DNA from: Lama glama
Taxonomy: Eukaryota
DNA length: 64,000 bases
Direction: 5' to 3'
NCBI GenBank assembly: GCA_028534125.1
Contig: CM052816.1
Coordinates: 54,128,001 to 54,192,000 of the forward strand
The translations under genes were made by a program, and so were the position numbers. Below, piece after piece: positions 51,337 to 64,000 of this stretch (position 1 is its first letter; each line of letters opens with the position of its first letter). The notes under the pieces were generated by a model, which worked only from the letters and a program-made list of their open reading frames with translations, did not search any database and was not told where the DNA came from.

Positions 51337-51477
51337 TCCCACCATCTGTTCCTTGCCCTGTCTACCCAGTCACATCCATGCAGCCCTCTATTAGCTTGCA
51401 AAAGAACTCTTTTATTTGATCTTACTTTTGTTTTCTTAAGCACAGCTGTGTGAGGGTATCGAAGGGAAGGCTTCTCA
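51337..51477 (+). repeat. 141-bp direct repeat, copy 2 (OTP 3' UTR)
   Basis: See 48541-48681. Confidence 0.95.
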
Positions 51478-52009
51478 GGAGGAACATACCAGTGGACTGG
51501 GTGGCTGGAGTAGACTAATGCAGTCATGTGATGAAGAAGAGGCGATCTTACCCATTTTGTTAAGTCTTCATAAGGAAGAATAAAATAAACATATGCGAAA
51601 AATTTCCTTTTGTAAAAGCAAAAGCCACATCTCTTTTCTGGATCCTTCAGGACTGGGGTTTGTTTGCTTCCTTTTTCCGTTTCTCTCTCCTCGCTGCTCT
51701 GTGCCCTTGGTTGTTTTGTGATCGTCCTGTCGTCCCTCGTGCCCCTCGGCCACCGCCCTGGCCCCTGCCGGCCGCCGATGGTTGCACTCGGACATCTACA
51801 ACCCTGCAACTTTGTACAGAGAAACACAATCAGCTCTTTCTGCATGTGCTGGTCAAATCCAAACCCAGAGAACAGAAGCGCTTTCGAAGAATGAACAAAC
51901 ATGTGAAATAGGATGTTTTGTGTAGATAAAGCATTCTTGTTATATACTGGTCAATTTGTGATCTGTTTTAACTTATTGTCTGTGCTTATTTATGGAATTT
52001 GGTTTTCTT

Positions 52010-52093
52010 AATAAATGTTTGAGCTAATATAAAGCATATTATTTGACTTTTCCGGACAAGTTTATATCGTTAAATGTAAATGGATAAAATAAA
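52010..52093 (+). terminator. OTP: OTP polyadenylation signals
   Basis: AATAAA at 52010-52015 and 52088-52093 in AT-rich UTR-like sequence with GT-rich sequence downstream; another AATAAA at 51579-51584. Confidence 0.7.
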
Positions 52094-52149
52094 ATCATTT
52101 TCTGTATGTGATATGGAGAGAACGATGGGTTTTGGTGTGACTTTGAATG

Positions 52150-52930
52150 GCGGAAGGGTCTCGCGGGGGAGAGGGGAAGAGAGTCCGTCTATGAGGTGCT
52201 CAGTTCGCGCTCAGTTGGCGGGATCTTTGCGTTTGGGACGCGTCCGCCCTTCAGTAGGCTTAGGTTCAGTTCCCGGGTTGCACAGCAACCTAGGTAGCGC
52301 GCTCACACCCAGCGTCCGGCGGAGCAGGCCCGGCCTGGAGTCTACGGCCTGCAGGCCGGAAGTGAGAAGGCCGAGTGGTGATCTCCTCACGCGAGCTCGA
52401 GGCCTCGCGAGGCTTTGGCCCGCTGCCGGGCGCAGCTGCCTCAGGGCCCGAGAGTGGATAAAAGCTTTTCAGGTGTGCGGTTTCCCTCCGACAGAGGAGG
52501 GGACGGCAACCCTCGCCGGGCTGCGTGCGTGTGCTGGGGAGGCTGTGGGCAGGAGGAAGGACCGCCGCGAAGAAAGCGTGAGGACCGGGAGCTCTGCCCT
52601 CCGGCGACGCGCAGAACCCCGTCCGGCCCCAGGTACGCGGTGGACGAGAAAGGCTCGGCCCCAGGTACGCGGTGGACGAGAAAGGCTCGGGGCTCGTCTC
52701 CCAGGGTCTGGGGCTCCTTCCCTAGCGTCTAGGCCTCATGGCCGACGGAAAGCGGGCCTCAGCCCCTTTGTGTGCGCGGAGGTGGGCTAGGCTTCAGATA
52801 CCTGGGCCTTCCCGGTGGGGGAGAAGATTGCCCAGGGCCACCTGGCTGCGGGTCGGTGCCTCTCAGGCTTTCCCCTGCGAGACTGCTCTGGTTTTCTCAG
52901 GGTCCATCCTTGGTTCGAGCTAACCTCAGA
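52150..52930. promoter_or_regulatory. CpG island immediately 3' of OTP
   Basis: Abrupt switch to high CpG and GC after the poly(A) region. Confidence 0.7.
52624..52690 (+). repeat. Perfect 32-bp tandem duplication (cggccccaggtacgcggtggacgagaaaggct x2)
   Basis: 52624-52655 is identical to 52656-52687. Confidence 0.97.
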
Positions 52931-55900
52931 TTTAGCCATGTGCTCAGGGGACTCCCCCAAACTATCTAGTAGTGAAAATTGCTGTTTCTTCGGTAGAATG
53001 AGGTGGAAGGTTGCGGGTGTTTTAAACTTGGAGGCGAGTCGATATCACAGGCTTCCTTTGGAAGACTAACGAAAATCAATCTTGTGGTTTGAAATTTAAT
53101 GGTCATTATAGGCATTGAGAGTGCACCCTTTCCCATGGGAAGATTTCTCATTTGGTTGCCACAGAGTAGAAACCCTAAAAACACCCTTTCCTAGAATACA
53201 ATTTCAGACCACAGGGCTATATGTGAATTTAATAAACTGTTGTAATTGTTACTCAACTAAGGGAACAAATGGAATTTCCTGGAAGGTGAGGACGAAAAGG
53301 CATGATTTTCTATGATAAAGAAAAATCATTTGTTCATGTTACCTTAGGAATTTTAATCAGAGGTAAAATTGGTGGGTGGGTTCACAGACTATTTCAATTC
53401 TCCATTTTCTAAAGGGTATATTTAATATAATGTTAAAATATTAAAGATGATAAAAACATACTCATTTGGAATTTCATATAAAAATGGAACATTTCCATAT
53501 TTTAGAATGCACAAAGAATGTAATCTAGCAGCATAATAACCGAATTTGTGAAGTATCTGTAGATGAAAAATACTTTTCCTTATTTTTACGTTTCGTCATA
53601 ATCTCCCTTGGTTTAGAGGAGTGGTTTTTTTTTTGTTGTTGTTGTTGTTTAAACTTGAAATTGTGGATACTGTAATCTCGTCACATTTAAGAGATCAGTA
53701 CAAATCACAGATCGCTTCACCAGTGAGCAGCATGGAAGGTTGTTTACAAGGATGCTAATTTTACAGCTTTTTTATGCTGCTATAAAGCATAACTTTATGA
53801 TGTAGGAATGCAATAAAGGATGCTAAATGGAATCTTTAAAAATTGTATTTCTGAAAGGCAAGGGAAATGGGATCTTTCATTTGAAAAAAAATGGGCCAAC
53901 TCAGAACACTGATGAGAAGTTACAAATCAACTGAAGTGATAGATGCTTTCAGAGATACTTATATTTCATAATATAGTGGTTATTTATCAATATTATAATG
54001 AAAGTGTACAGAGTTTTTCACTTAACCTGACTCTGGAATAATATTTGTTTCTATGGCAATAGATGTCTGTATTAAGAATTCTGAACATTTTAATGTCGTA
54101 TTTGCCATTAGCATAAGGGAAGGCAACCTGGCCAAAATTGTTAAGGTTGACAGTTTAGCAAAGATAAAAAGCAGAGAATGAAAATCTCAATCACAAACCT
54201 GAAAGATTTCTGCATTTTTGAGGGAGAAAAAAACACTAACAGCAGGATAATTCTTCATATTATTTTTTACTCCTTAGCAGCAGCAATTCTGCCTCAAAAC
54301 TGTTAAAGTTAAAAAATAATTACATTCGGTAAGGGAATAAAGGCAATAATGATGAATAATATCAGAGTACAAGGTAGATAAGTACAACATGTTAGATGTC
54401 CTGCCTCTAATGAATTGTACTTTTTGCTGAGTAGTCTGTTTGGCATTCAATACTGTCACCACATGCTAGCTAGGAAAGTCTATTATGATGTAACTATATG
54501 ATTGATTTATTTGAATACTCAAATTCATCCTTGTATCTTTATTTTCTCCTCAGTATTGGTACTAAATATCATACATGGCATACAAGTCATGGCATAGTAA
54601 TGGTGTTGCACTTAGTTTACCTTTTGTTAATGATGGAAGAAATAGGATATAGGAATTCAGCCTACTAAAGATGATCTTAGGGTATTGAATAGAAAATGGG
54701 ATGCAGAGCAATTTGGGTAAATCAGGGTAGATGTAAATGGAAAGTATAGAGCAAGTTGTAACTTTGGAGCAATTTATGATTGATGTCAATGACTGTTTAC
54801 CCTGAAAATGAAAATGTTTTTAATTTGTGTTGTGGAATTTACATATTAATTTTTAGGATAAAGAAAAAACTTAGGGCACAAAGATGTGTCTTCTAGTAAT
54901 GGCAGTAGTTAACCTGTCAGTTGAAAGAATGTAACCTTCCTTTTCTCCTTTTCATGACATAAAGGTAATCTCATCTGAGGGCACTTATGTGAAGAAATAA
55001 CAGCATGGCATGGTGAAACTACTGGCTCATTAATCCTGGCATCTCTTTCCTACAGGGTTCCTTGATTAGTTAGATTCATTCATCGGGCATTTCGGAGTTT
55101 TTGATTTGTCACCATTGGCTAGGTTCACTGAGTTCAGGCTAAATTGAGCCAGAAGCAATGTTTATTAGTAATTTTGTAGTACAGGCTACCCTAATAATTC
55201 AGCCCAAATATCTCATCTGAAAAATATCCATTCACTCTCGCTTCTAACATGGGCTGCAGCTGTGTTCATAGGGAATTGAAAGAACACAAGTGATTGGGCA
55301 TGTATTTTCTAAATTATTAATATGATGGCTAATAGCTGTAAACCCATCTTCGTATCCAATGCAGAAATTATGATTCATTTTAAAAATGAAAGCAGCAACA
55401 AAGGGGGGCACCCCCTGCCTGACTCTCTGCTAACTCTCATCAGTGCAGAGCGTTTGGTCCAGGAACCATGGCCTATTTAGCGTGTGGTCATTACAGAGAG
55501 AAACAGAACAATGCTTTTTGTGTTTCCAGATGCATGCTCTGTCAAAGCAAGGCATGGGTTTGTAAGACTTATTAGAAAATGCTTTTAAGGAATTTCAGGC
55601 ATGAACTACATGGAGGATCCTCTTTTGGTTTTGACGATGTCATTATCAGTCTTAAGGCAGGCATAATTAGTTATTTGTGCAGTTAGGCTTCATCTTACAT
55701 CCACATGATCAAATATTCCATATGTCCAAGTCTCCATCTTTAGACCACCTTGGATTTGAGATACACTTGTTGCAGTTACTCATGCTGCCACAGTTCCTCT
55801 TAGTTCTGAAGTAATTTACAAATACCAGGAAATATATAATTAATCCACATGACATATATAGTGTATGTTCTTTGTATCTTTCATTGAAATGTAACAGGGC

Positions 55901-56289
55901 TTTACATGCTTTTGCTTATAGTCCTTACTGAATCTATTTCAGGTGAACCCACACAAGGTCAGATTATGAACTCTAGAAGCCCTTAACACTGAAAAGATTA
56001 TATGTAATCCTTATGAAATTAAAAATAAAAATACTAAATTGTAAAACACAAGACATAGGTATACTGAAATTAAGTTCTTTCTAGATTTTCTAATTGCAGA
56101 ATTCTGAATGAGTTCAGTGAAATAAAATTGGTCTCTCTTTCTGATCCCCTTGTTTTATTAGTTATCACACGCTTAATCTGCTTATTAGGTACTCCAACAC
56201 TGGCTTCAGAAATAACATTTTCTGAGGGTATTTATTACTTTTCCTCTAGTACCTTATATTTGAACCCCATTTTTCATTTTATAGAGCAT

Positions 56290-56445
56290 ATTATCTCATT
56301 TAAATCATCATGGCATCTTTATATAGTAGATACTATAATCTCTTTTACAAATGAAGAAATTGAGACTCAGGTTAAGTAACTTGCCCAATGTTACATACCT
56401 ACTAAGTGGGAGACATCATTCTTCAAGTTAGGTCTTCAGATCTTT
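56290..56445 (-). mobile_element. MIR SINE
   Basis: MIR core ttttacaaatgaagaaattgagactcaggttaagtaacttgcccaatgttaca. Confidence 0.75.
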
Positions 56446-59400
56446 CAGCAACACCATTGTGTATGTAACATGTAGATACTGTTCTTATTCTTAAGGAAAA
56501 CAAATAACTTCCCTTACTTAGAAGTTTAACAATCCACTCTTATAATTTCAACTAGACAGGTGCTGTTTGATGGGTTATGGTAACTGCATGAAAGTTAAAC
56601 TTGGTTTCTAGAGTCTGGAAACACTTATTTCCTCCTGAACTTTACCCTCTCTCTAGAGGTTAATTCAAGATAGTTCTAGTGTGCCACCAAGAAGTTTCTT
56701 TATTGTGTGAGGAATCTTTATTAGTGGAGTTGCCTCCTTATGACACAAGCTCTGGGCTGAGGTGGCAAGAAAACTTGGGAACTAGCTCTGGGGCTACTTG
56801 GAGGTGAGTGGAATTGTACATGGAGAGGGGATGGTTTGACTGTCCACAAGGGAGGGGATCCGTGAATCTCTTGGTGCTGTAGATACGTTTCTTGTCTGTC
56901 CCTTCATGATTTTATAGAGGGATCTTTTGATCAACTCAGAATAAGCAATTTCTCATTTTTCTGTCCTCCATATGTTAGAAATGCACTGTCAATCATAGAA
57001 TTATAACATATTAGCATTTGAAGGGATCTTTGAAGTCACCTGGTTCAAGTTCCCTGACCACAGTTGTCACTTTTTCATTTCTTGCCAAGTGGACTTACAG
57101 ATTCTGGTTGAACACAAAACAGCTCTCTGTTTTTGGCCCAACTGCCAGGAAGAACTTCCTTTTATTGAGCTTAGCTGCCTCATGCTCTTCCTTCTATAAT
57201 CTTGCCTTTTTGGGGACTTTCTATAACACATTTTAGTACTGAAATGATTTTTCTTTTTAGTCTTTTATTAATATTTATATCAGTCAGTATAACACCAAGC
57301 TATGCTGTGGTACTAGATAAACCTCTTATCTCTGGCTTAACACCACCAAGATTTGTTTCTTGCTCACACAAATTCCACTGTGAGTGAAGTGATTCTCTTG
57401 GACACCTTTCCTTTATGTGTGACTCAGTGATCCAACTTTTAATTTTGTGGCTTGACCACTTCAATATGGGGTTTCCATCATTTTAGGGGAAAGAAAGAAT
57501 TGGAAGTTATGAATTTGTTCTAATGCTTTGGCCCAGAAACTTCTGCTCAAGGTCCATTAAGCAAGAACTAGTTACATGGCTTCCCCTAATTGCAAGAGGG
57601 CTGGCAAATGTAGTGTAGCATACAGATATTCAGTGAGTAGAAAATGTCTCTGCTACAGTCTTATTTTCTCTCTGGTAAACATCTTTAGTTCCCTTATTTA
57701 ACATGTTTTTCATACTTTTAAGTTTACAACTATGTCTGTGTGCTTATTGGCAAGGCATGGAGGTGGGAGGTACCAGAGAAATTGATGATATTCAAGCTTT
57801 TGAGGAAATACCATGTAACTAAGAAGACAAAGAAACTGTACAAGGTAGTTTTTAATGGTTCAATCAAATAATCACCACTCTGACACATACCATAAATACA
57901 GTGGAAATTCAAAGAAGCAGGAGTTCATTGGGGATAGAATTCCTGGGCAAAGCTTCCTGAAGGCATGGGCCTTACAGGATAGCAGTGTCACCCTTTAGGA
58001 TTTTTTTTTCCACTTTAGTGGAATTCCTTTGACCTTTCCTTGTAGGTCTTATTTTTAGATCAGTAAACTATGCTTGGTCTTTTTATCTGTGTTATTACTA
58101 AATTCTCCACTGTCCTCTTAAATTTGAAGCCATTGTTCAGATTCAGGTCTCTAATGACCAGGACAAGCCATGGTGGACCATCTGCCATACTCATATTAAT
58201 AGCCATTCATAATCTGATAGAGTGTTATTATAGTATCACTGGTACTCCCCAATTGGGTAAATTGTAACAATGTAGTTCCCTAATATCTAGCATAGACTTC
58301 AGCACGTAGGTGTTTATGCTCAATAGGTGTTTATCAAGTTGAATTTAGGTCAGATATGTTGGTGTTAAAGCTCTCAGCTTATTGCTGTTGCTACATATCT
58401 GTTAGATCTCAGGGAGTGGTTATCACTTTTAAAATACCATATATTAAAGAGCTTACATTAAGGTGGAAAATAAACAAATCATTTCTGACAACAAGCAAAA
58501 TAATATTTTCATTCCCACCAAAAGAGACCATGCTCATCCTGTGTTGTGCTCAGTGCTCACTTGGAGTAAACTAGTCACCCATGGGAGGCTAATTACCTTT
58601 TCCAAAGAACTGGGGTACCACGTAGTGTCTTTGAAAAGGTAATTTAGTAAATGATGCTCAGGTATCTTGCAAGAGTTAATATGCCACTCTTAGAAACTCC
58701 AGTGACTGGATTGTTTCCCACAACAGAGGGAGGAGCACATGCTTGCCAGGAAACTAGCCATCTTAAATTTCCCTGTTGGAAGACTTAAGAGCTTCATTTT
58801 CATTTTAAACTTGGTGGCTTCTCTGAGAACTGATTACATGCCATGAGACATTTTAGGTTTGAAGAGTTATGATGAGAATATTCTCCTTAGGCTGAAGAAC
58901 TCCAAAGCAGGACCTTCAGGTTCTGGTAGGGGTTGCTCATTCTCAGGGAGATAGGTTTTTTTTTTTTTAATTGTTGTTTTTTGGGTTTTGTTTTTGTGTT
59001 TTAGTTTTAGCTATAGTTGGGGACCATGAGGAAATACAGCATGGTTTGGAAAACATAGTTGTAATCCTTGCTCAGCCATTATCTGCCTGTATGCCCTTGA
59101 TTCAGTCACGTAGCAGCTATGAGGTTCTATTTCCTCATAAAATTACTGAAGGTCTTTCCCAGTGCTAACTGTTTGTAAAACATAATGTTATAATCCTACA
59201 TGGCTGACTAGTGTGGGGCAAGTCAATTTAAAAATACCTGTTATTCAGAGACCTGGGCTGGTCTTTGTCTAATCTGTTCCTTTTGAAGATATTGTCCTCT
59301 TATCTGGCAGGAGGGGATCTGATACTGAGTTAAGTCAGCATTGTGTTAAAGGGAGTGAAAAGGTAAGCACGTAACATCGGTGGTCTTGCTGAAGAGTTAC

Positions 59401-62400
59401 TACACTGACAACATCCTTACTCTCCTTGTAAGAGGGCCCTGGGAAGGGGTTGGGCTGCAGTGAAATTATTTTCCAGAGTAGGAAAGGAAGATTGGAACAT
59501 TCAGTAATTTAATTTTCCATAGACAGATATGACTGTGGAAAGGAATCCTCATCCCTGTCCTTAAATCATTACTGCCATAGGGTTTGTATATCATCCAATA
59601 AAGTATGGTTAGCCCATGGATTTAACTTTAAAGGAGAAATAAGAAAAAAGACAACTGAGACATATTACCTATAGGAAGCACTCTGTATTTTGGTTGGCTT
59701 GATTGGATTCAGTTAGTGCTAGTTTCTTGTGTAAAGTTAGCAATGCAACTGGACAGTTACTTAGAAGCTAGTGTGGGACAGTGTCAGCATATTTATTCAG
59801 TTGCCAAGGCAATGCCTGGTGGTTATAACCACATGGGAGAATGAAAAGAATGGGCAGCCTACTGGCTCTTCAGGTGAGCAAATGTATATAGGCCAGGAAG
59901 TATCTCTGCTCATGACATCTTTTTGTGTATGGATGAAGGCAAATAATTCAGGTCCAGAGAAAACTGGTGAAGTATGTGAAGTTTTTTGGGAGCCTTCAGC
60001 TTTCTTCTCTCCACTGATATTTTTAGAGTCAGGACCTTCTCTTTCAAATCCTTTCCCCCATTCAAAATAAGAAATTAGCTGGTAACAGTTACATTTTGAT
60101 GGACTAGATTTAAAGCAATATGCTAACTCATTCATTTAAAACCCTTAATTTTATTGTGGAAAGAATGTCTTTATCTTAATCCATCTGAAAACTTCAGTGT
60201 TAGGATACAAGTAAGAGTGATGTTGGAGATCTTGGAGATAGTTTTGCCCAGGAGCATTCTGCAATTTAAGGAAGTTATACCACACCTGAGACTGACCCCC
60301 AGATAAATCTACTTTAGTTGTTTAGGGATGCTCCAGGAGTTGGAGAAAAAGGAGTAAAGAAAAATAGGCTTCATTTGGGTGGTGGAAACACGGGTGGTTC
60401 TTAAAAAAATTATTATTTTTCAAATGGTGTATATATACTCTTTTATTTGTTGGACATATTTCTCAATAGAGAAGAACAACAATAAAAGTACCAGCTGTAA
60501 TTTCCTCCCTCCCTCAGTGTCCCATCTTCAAACATCAGCTTTTTTAGAGTAACCAAGATTTTATAGATTCCCTTAGAGATAGCCTAAAAGCTTCTAAATA
60601 CACAGAGACACCTGCATTGTTGGCTTTTCATAAGTGAAACTCTGGGCTCCAGAGCCACTTCAGCCACTTATCTATCTTCTGACTTTAAAGAAGTCCTCTT
60701 CCCTCACCTGTCCCTGAAAAAAAACCTCACCTCTTTTTTTTTTTCCTTATCTTTATTTCTCTGCTTTGAAATCCCCAGAGTCCATTTTTCACTGTGTGAT
60801 ATTTTGCTCTGAGTTTTTTTCCTTCCTTCCCTGTGGGAATCCACTTGTTTCCTCTAGACAGGCAGTCCTCATCCTCCTGGCCTCAAGTTTCTGCTGCCTC
60901 AAGGACGCCTGTAGTTGGGGTCAGGGCTGGGGAAGAGCACCAGCTGGACGTGTTGCCCATGTATCCCTTAGGTGATTGGGGTGGGGAGAGGAAGGAAGGT
61001 GGAGGCGTCACTGGGTGTTATATTGGAAAGTCTGACCTGGAACATGGGGGTAGGTTGAGATAGTGAAACCTGAGTTTGGGGAGAATTGGATCCAAGATGT
61101 TTGCCTCTTAACCTGTGTGTATTGATGATTAGTTTATTGACCTGAATGCATGATTCCTGATACTTATTAAGAGGTAAAATATATTTGTTGAGTGAATAAT
61201 ACTGAGGTGGTAATGAGGAGAAAATACCACATTAACTTTGATTCTAGGTACCAGAAAAGTGAGAGAGGAGTCAAATGATTTGCAGCATAAAAGTAAAAAA
61301 CCATGTTGATGTGAGCTGCTTATCTAATTATCATGAATCACTGAAGCAATTGTATGCCCAATAAAATGCTTTCAAATGAACTTTGACTTCGTGTTAGGTA
61401 GGCTGTATCAAGGTAGGGAGAAGGCTGGTCTTTGGTCATCTAATCTTATCATTGCTGGTTAAATTATTCACACAGATTATAGACCAGGCAGTCTTTTAGC
61501 ATCAGCTTAGACATCTCTAAGAGATAGGAAGCTCACCATCTTTAATGGGTCCTATTTTTTCTAAAACAATCTCCTGTTGAAAACATCCCTCCTCTAGATT
61601 ATCCTTGATGCCCCACAAAACAAGTCTGTGTCCGTTATTACTTGACAGGTCTTCACATGTTTAAAAACAATGTTTCTATTCCCCTTCTTTTCCTAAAATC
61701 GATGAAAAGGTCAGAGGTTCTAGGGTTTCCCAAGTTACCAAAAAACTTGTTTAGTCCTCTTTATTAAATAGAAGACAAATTTAATCCATAAAGAGCATCA
61801 GGGCATCCTTATTTTTTTTTCCTTTCCCAGGCATTTAAAGCAGGGTTTTTTTTGTTTGTTTTTATTCAATATTTCTCAGTCTCGAGGGATGGCATTTAGG
61901 AATCTTGTTTTGAAGTTTGAGAACCACTGTTTTAGTTGCTGAAACTATCCAGGTGAATTAAGTGTAATAAATGCTAATCTCAGAAGTGGGCCACATTTAG
62001 AAAGCAATTGAGCCTTTCTGGCCTCTCAGCTAACAGCCTTGGAACAGTCTTAAGTCTTCAACTGATTGAATACTAACATTAACCTGCATTAGCTCTCTTA
62101 CTCTCATTTACAAGCTCTTTCCTTCCCCCTCTTTCTCTCAATCCTGGATTTCTCAATTCTAGTTATCCCTTCCCCCGACAGCACGTAACTTGAGTTCTCT
62201 TCAGTCTCCTCATCCTTCTTTGCTGCTGATATAGGATAGTTGTCTGCTCCCAGCATTCAAGTTTTATGAGATTATTCCTATGCTCAGTTCTTTGGATCTT
62301 ATTGCTCTTCAACCTTATTTTATTTTTCTAAAGCTTTATTTGTATACAGACATTAATGCAAATCCACATGAGTGAAATCCACTTATAATCTCTTCCTGCA

Positions 62401-62839
62401 TCTGATTAGTTTCATTGGTTTGTGGTCCTCTTCATTCCTTATATTTGTGCTATTTAGTTTTTTAATATTTGTGACCAAAAAAATAGATAATATTTTGTAT
62501 TCTGCTTCTGTATATTTTCGATATTGGGGTATATCTCCCTATTTATAGGTTTAATGACTATAGTATTATAGTCATTTTCTAATTGTATAGTCTTTTCTGA
62601 TGATAACAATCCTTACAATTGGTAATATTTAAGTATAAACATATTTATTCATTCAAAATATATTTGAATGCCTGATTTCATAGCCTCATCACCCAGTTAA
62701 GCACTATTAAGATTTGATGTATGAATATGTATGTTTGTGTATGCATGTGTGCGCAGATGAGAGAGAAAGTTATTTTAAAAGACTCTTGTGTATCATGTCT
62801 TGAGTGAAAACACAACAACAGAAAAAGTCTTTCACTTAT

Positions 62840-63003
62840 AGCTACACTGTCCAGTATGGTAACTACTATTTACATGTGGCTATTTAAATTAAGTGAAATT
62901 AAAAGTTCAGTTCCTCATTTACAGTGACCACGTAAAAACCACAGATGACTAGTGGCTACCATGTTGGGTATCACTACAGAAAGCTTTATTGGATAGTGCT
63001 GAC
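62840..63003. mobile_element. MER3-like hAT DNA transposon fossil
   Basis: cactgtccagtatggta...acatgtggctatttaaatt...agttcagttcctca...tagtggctacc...gaaagctttattggatagtgctg. Confidence 0.7.
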
Positions 63004-63389
63004 TCATGAAATCCTAGACCAGGGAGATACAGAATCAAGTTGCTCTGCTTCTTACTGAGATCCGTGGGACGTCACTCTGTGCTGTAGCTATGGAACTGAG
63101 CAGTGTAAATGGACAGTGAGTATCCTGAAGGTCTTTGAAGAAATGCACTTAAGTAAGTACTTACCTAGATACACAATTTCTATCTAGATTTCAAAGTAAA
63201 ATTTTTAAAAATAGGTGTAAGGGGGACATAAGGAAGAAGATCTTAACGATCAGAGATACAGAATGAGATGGGTGTGCAGGTCAGGTCTAATATTTCTGTG
63301 CTTGCTGTGTATCTCTACTCGGATTCACACCAGTGATTTGCTGTCATTGATAACCAAAGAATCCTTTCATACAAGGTTTAAATTGGGTC

Positions 63390-63540
63390 TTTTTTTTTTA
63401 AACTTTTTTTAAATTGAGTTATAGTCATTTTATAATTTTGTGTCAAATTCCAGTGTAGAGCACAATTTTTCAGTTATACATGAACATAGTTACATTCATT
63501 GTCATATTCTCTTTCGCTGTGAGCCACCACAAGATCATAC
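63390..63540 (-). mobile_element. Short L1 3' terminus
   Basis: Poly-T then tcattttataattttgtgtcaaattccagtgtagagcacaatttttcag, same subfamily end as 17664-17790. Confidence 0.8.
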
Positions 63541-64000
63541 CGCAGTCTTTTAGAGTGGGTATATGAGGGATGTGGTGCAGAGTTCAGGAGTAGAGCAACT
63601 GTGATTTGAAGCACTTATACGCACACTGAGATTCTCCTCCAGCTATGCCATAGCTGTTTCAGGAAAACAACTGTCTTACCACTTAACAGTTTGTCCAATG
63701 CCTGATACGAAATTAGCAGTACTTTCTCCGCAGGGTATCTTCAGTTCCCTGCAGATCTCAAAAATGGTTATGCATCAAATGCTGTGGACCTGGTCAGATG
63801 TGCTGTTACATTAATTATAATGCAGATCATGGTTGTGATTCAGTATGCAGATGTGCATAAAAAGCCTGCAGATGTGCACAAAGGAAAAGCTGTTGAAAAG
63901 GCTTGAATACATTGCACTGGTGCCAGGCATATTTATCACAGGGTAATCACTGAGAAGGCTGATGGATTTATTTCATGACCTGGGCAGAATGATTCAATTG

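Noticed and set aside
52630..52672. caggtacgcgg in the 32-bp duplication equals the OTP exon 2 donor context (44065-44075)
   Set aside because: An 11-bp match with no flanking similarity; compatible with chance, and there is no upstream exon candidate.
62553..62576. 10-bp inverted repeat aatgactata-gtat-tatagtcatt (similar 9-bp arms near 3393-3430)
   Set aside because: Isolated AT-rich hairpin in apparently neutral DNA; too short for a miRNA or MITE.
1..64000. CRISPR arrays, operons or another novel multi-gene system
   Set aside because: This is mammalian intron-containing DNA with no repeat-spacer arrays and no unexplained long coding regions; only TBCA and OTP are supported as genes.

Overview
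Mammalian nuclear DNA, probably from a camelid (inferred from several tRNA-derived SINEs resembling the Vic-1 type and cetartiodactyl-style L1 3' ends). The window holds the last two coding exons of TBCA (+; 18-104, 2237-2317), with a 500-N gap that falsely duplicates 148 bp of its 3' end. A repeat-rich intergenic stretch follows (L1, L2, CR1, MaLR/ERVL LTRs, DNA-transposon fossils, SINEs; about 6.8-33 kb). Next is a nearly repeat-free CpG-island/regulatory domain (about 34.8-53 kb) containing the complete three-exon homeobox gene OTP (+; 42333-42369, 43658-44067, 49962-50492; 325 aa), then more intergenic DNA. Almost all other ORFs in the track are spurious or transposon-derived. I see no evidence of a new multi-gene system. 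The most unusual observations are: (1) a 141-bp, 94%-identical ungapped direct repeat bracketing OTP exon 3, with one copy in intron 2 and one in the 3' UTR; (2) an mRNA 3'-end retrocopy nested in a SINE nested in an L1, each with its own TSD; (3) splice-signal oddities around OTP exons 1-2; and (4) candidate enhancers and non-B-DNA tracts upstream of OTP. Repeat family names and boundaries are by eye and approximate.
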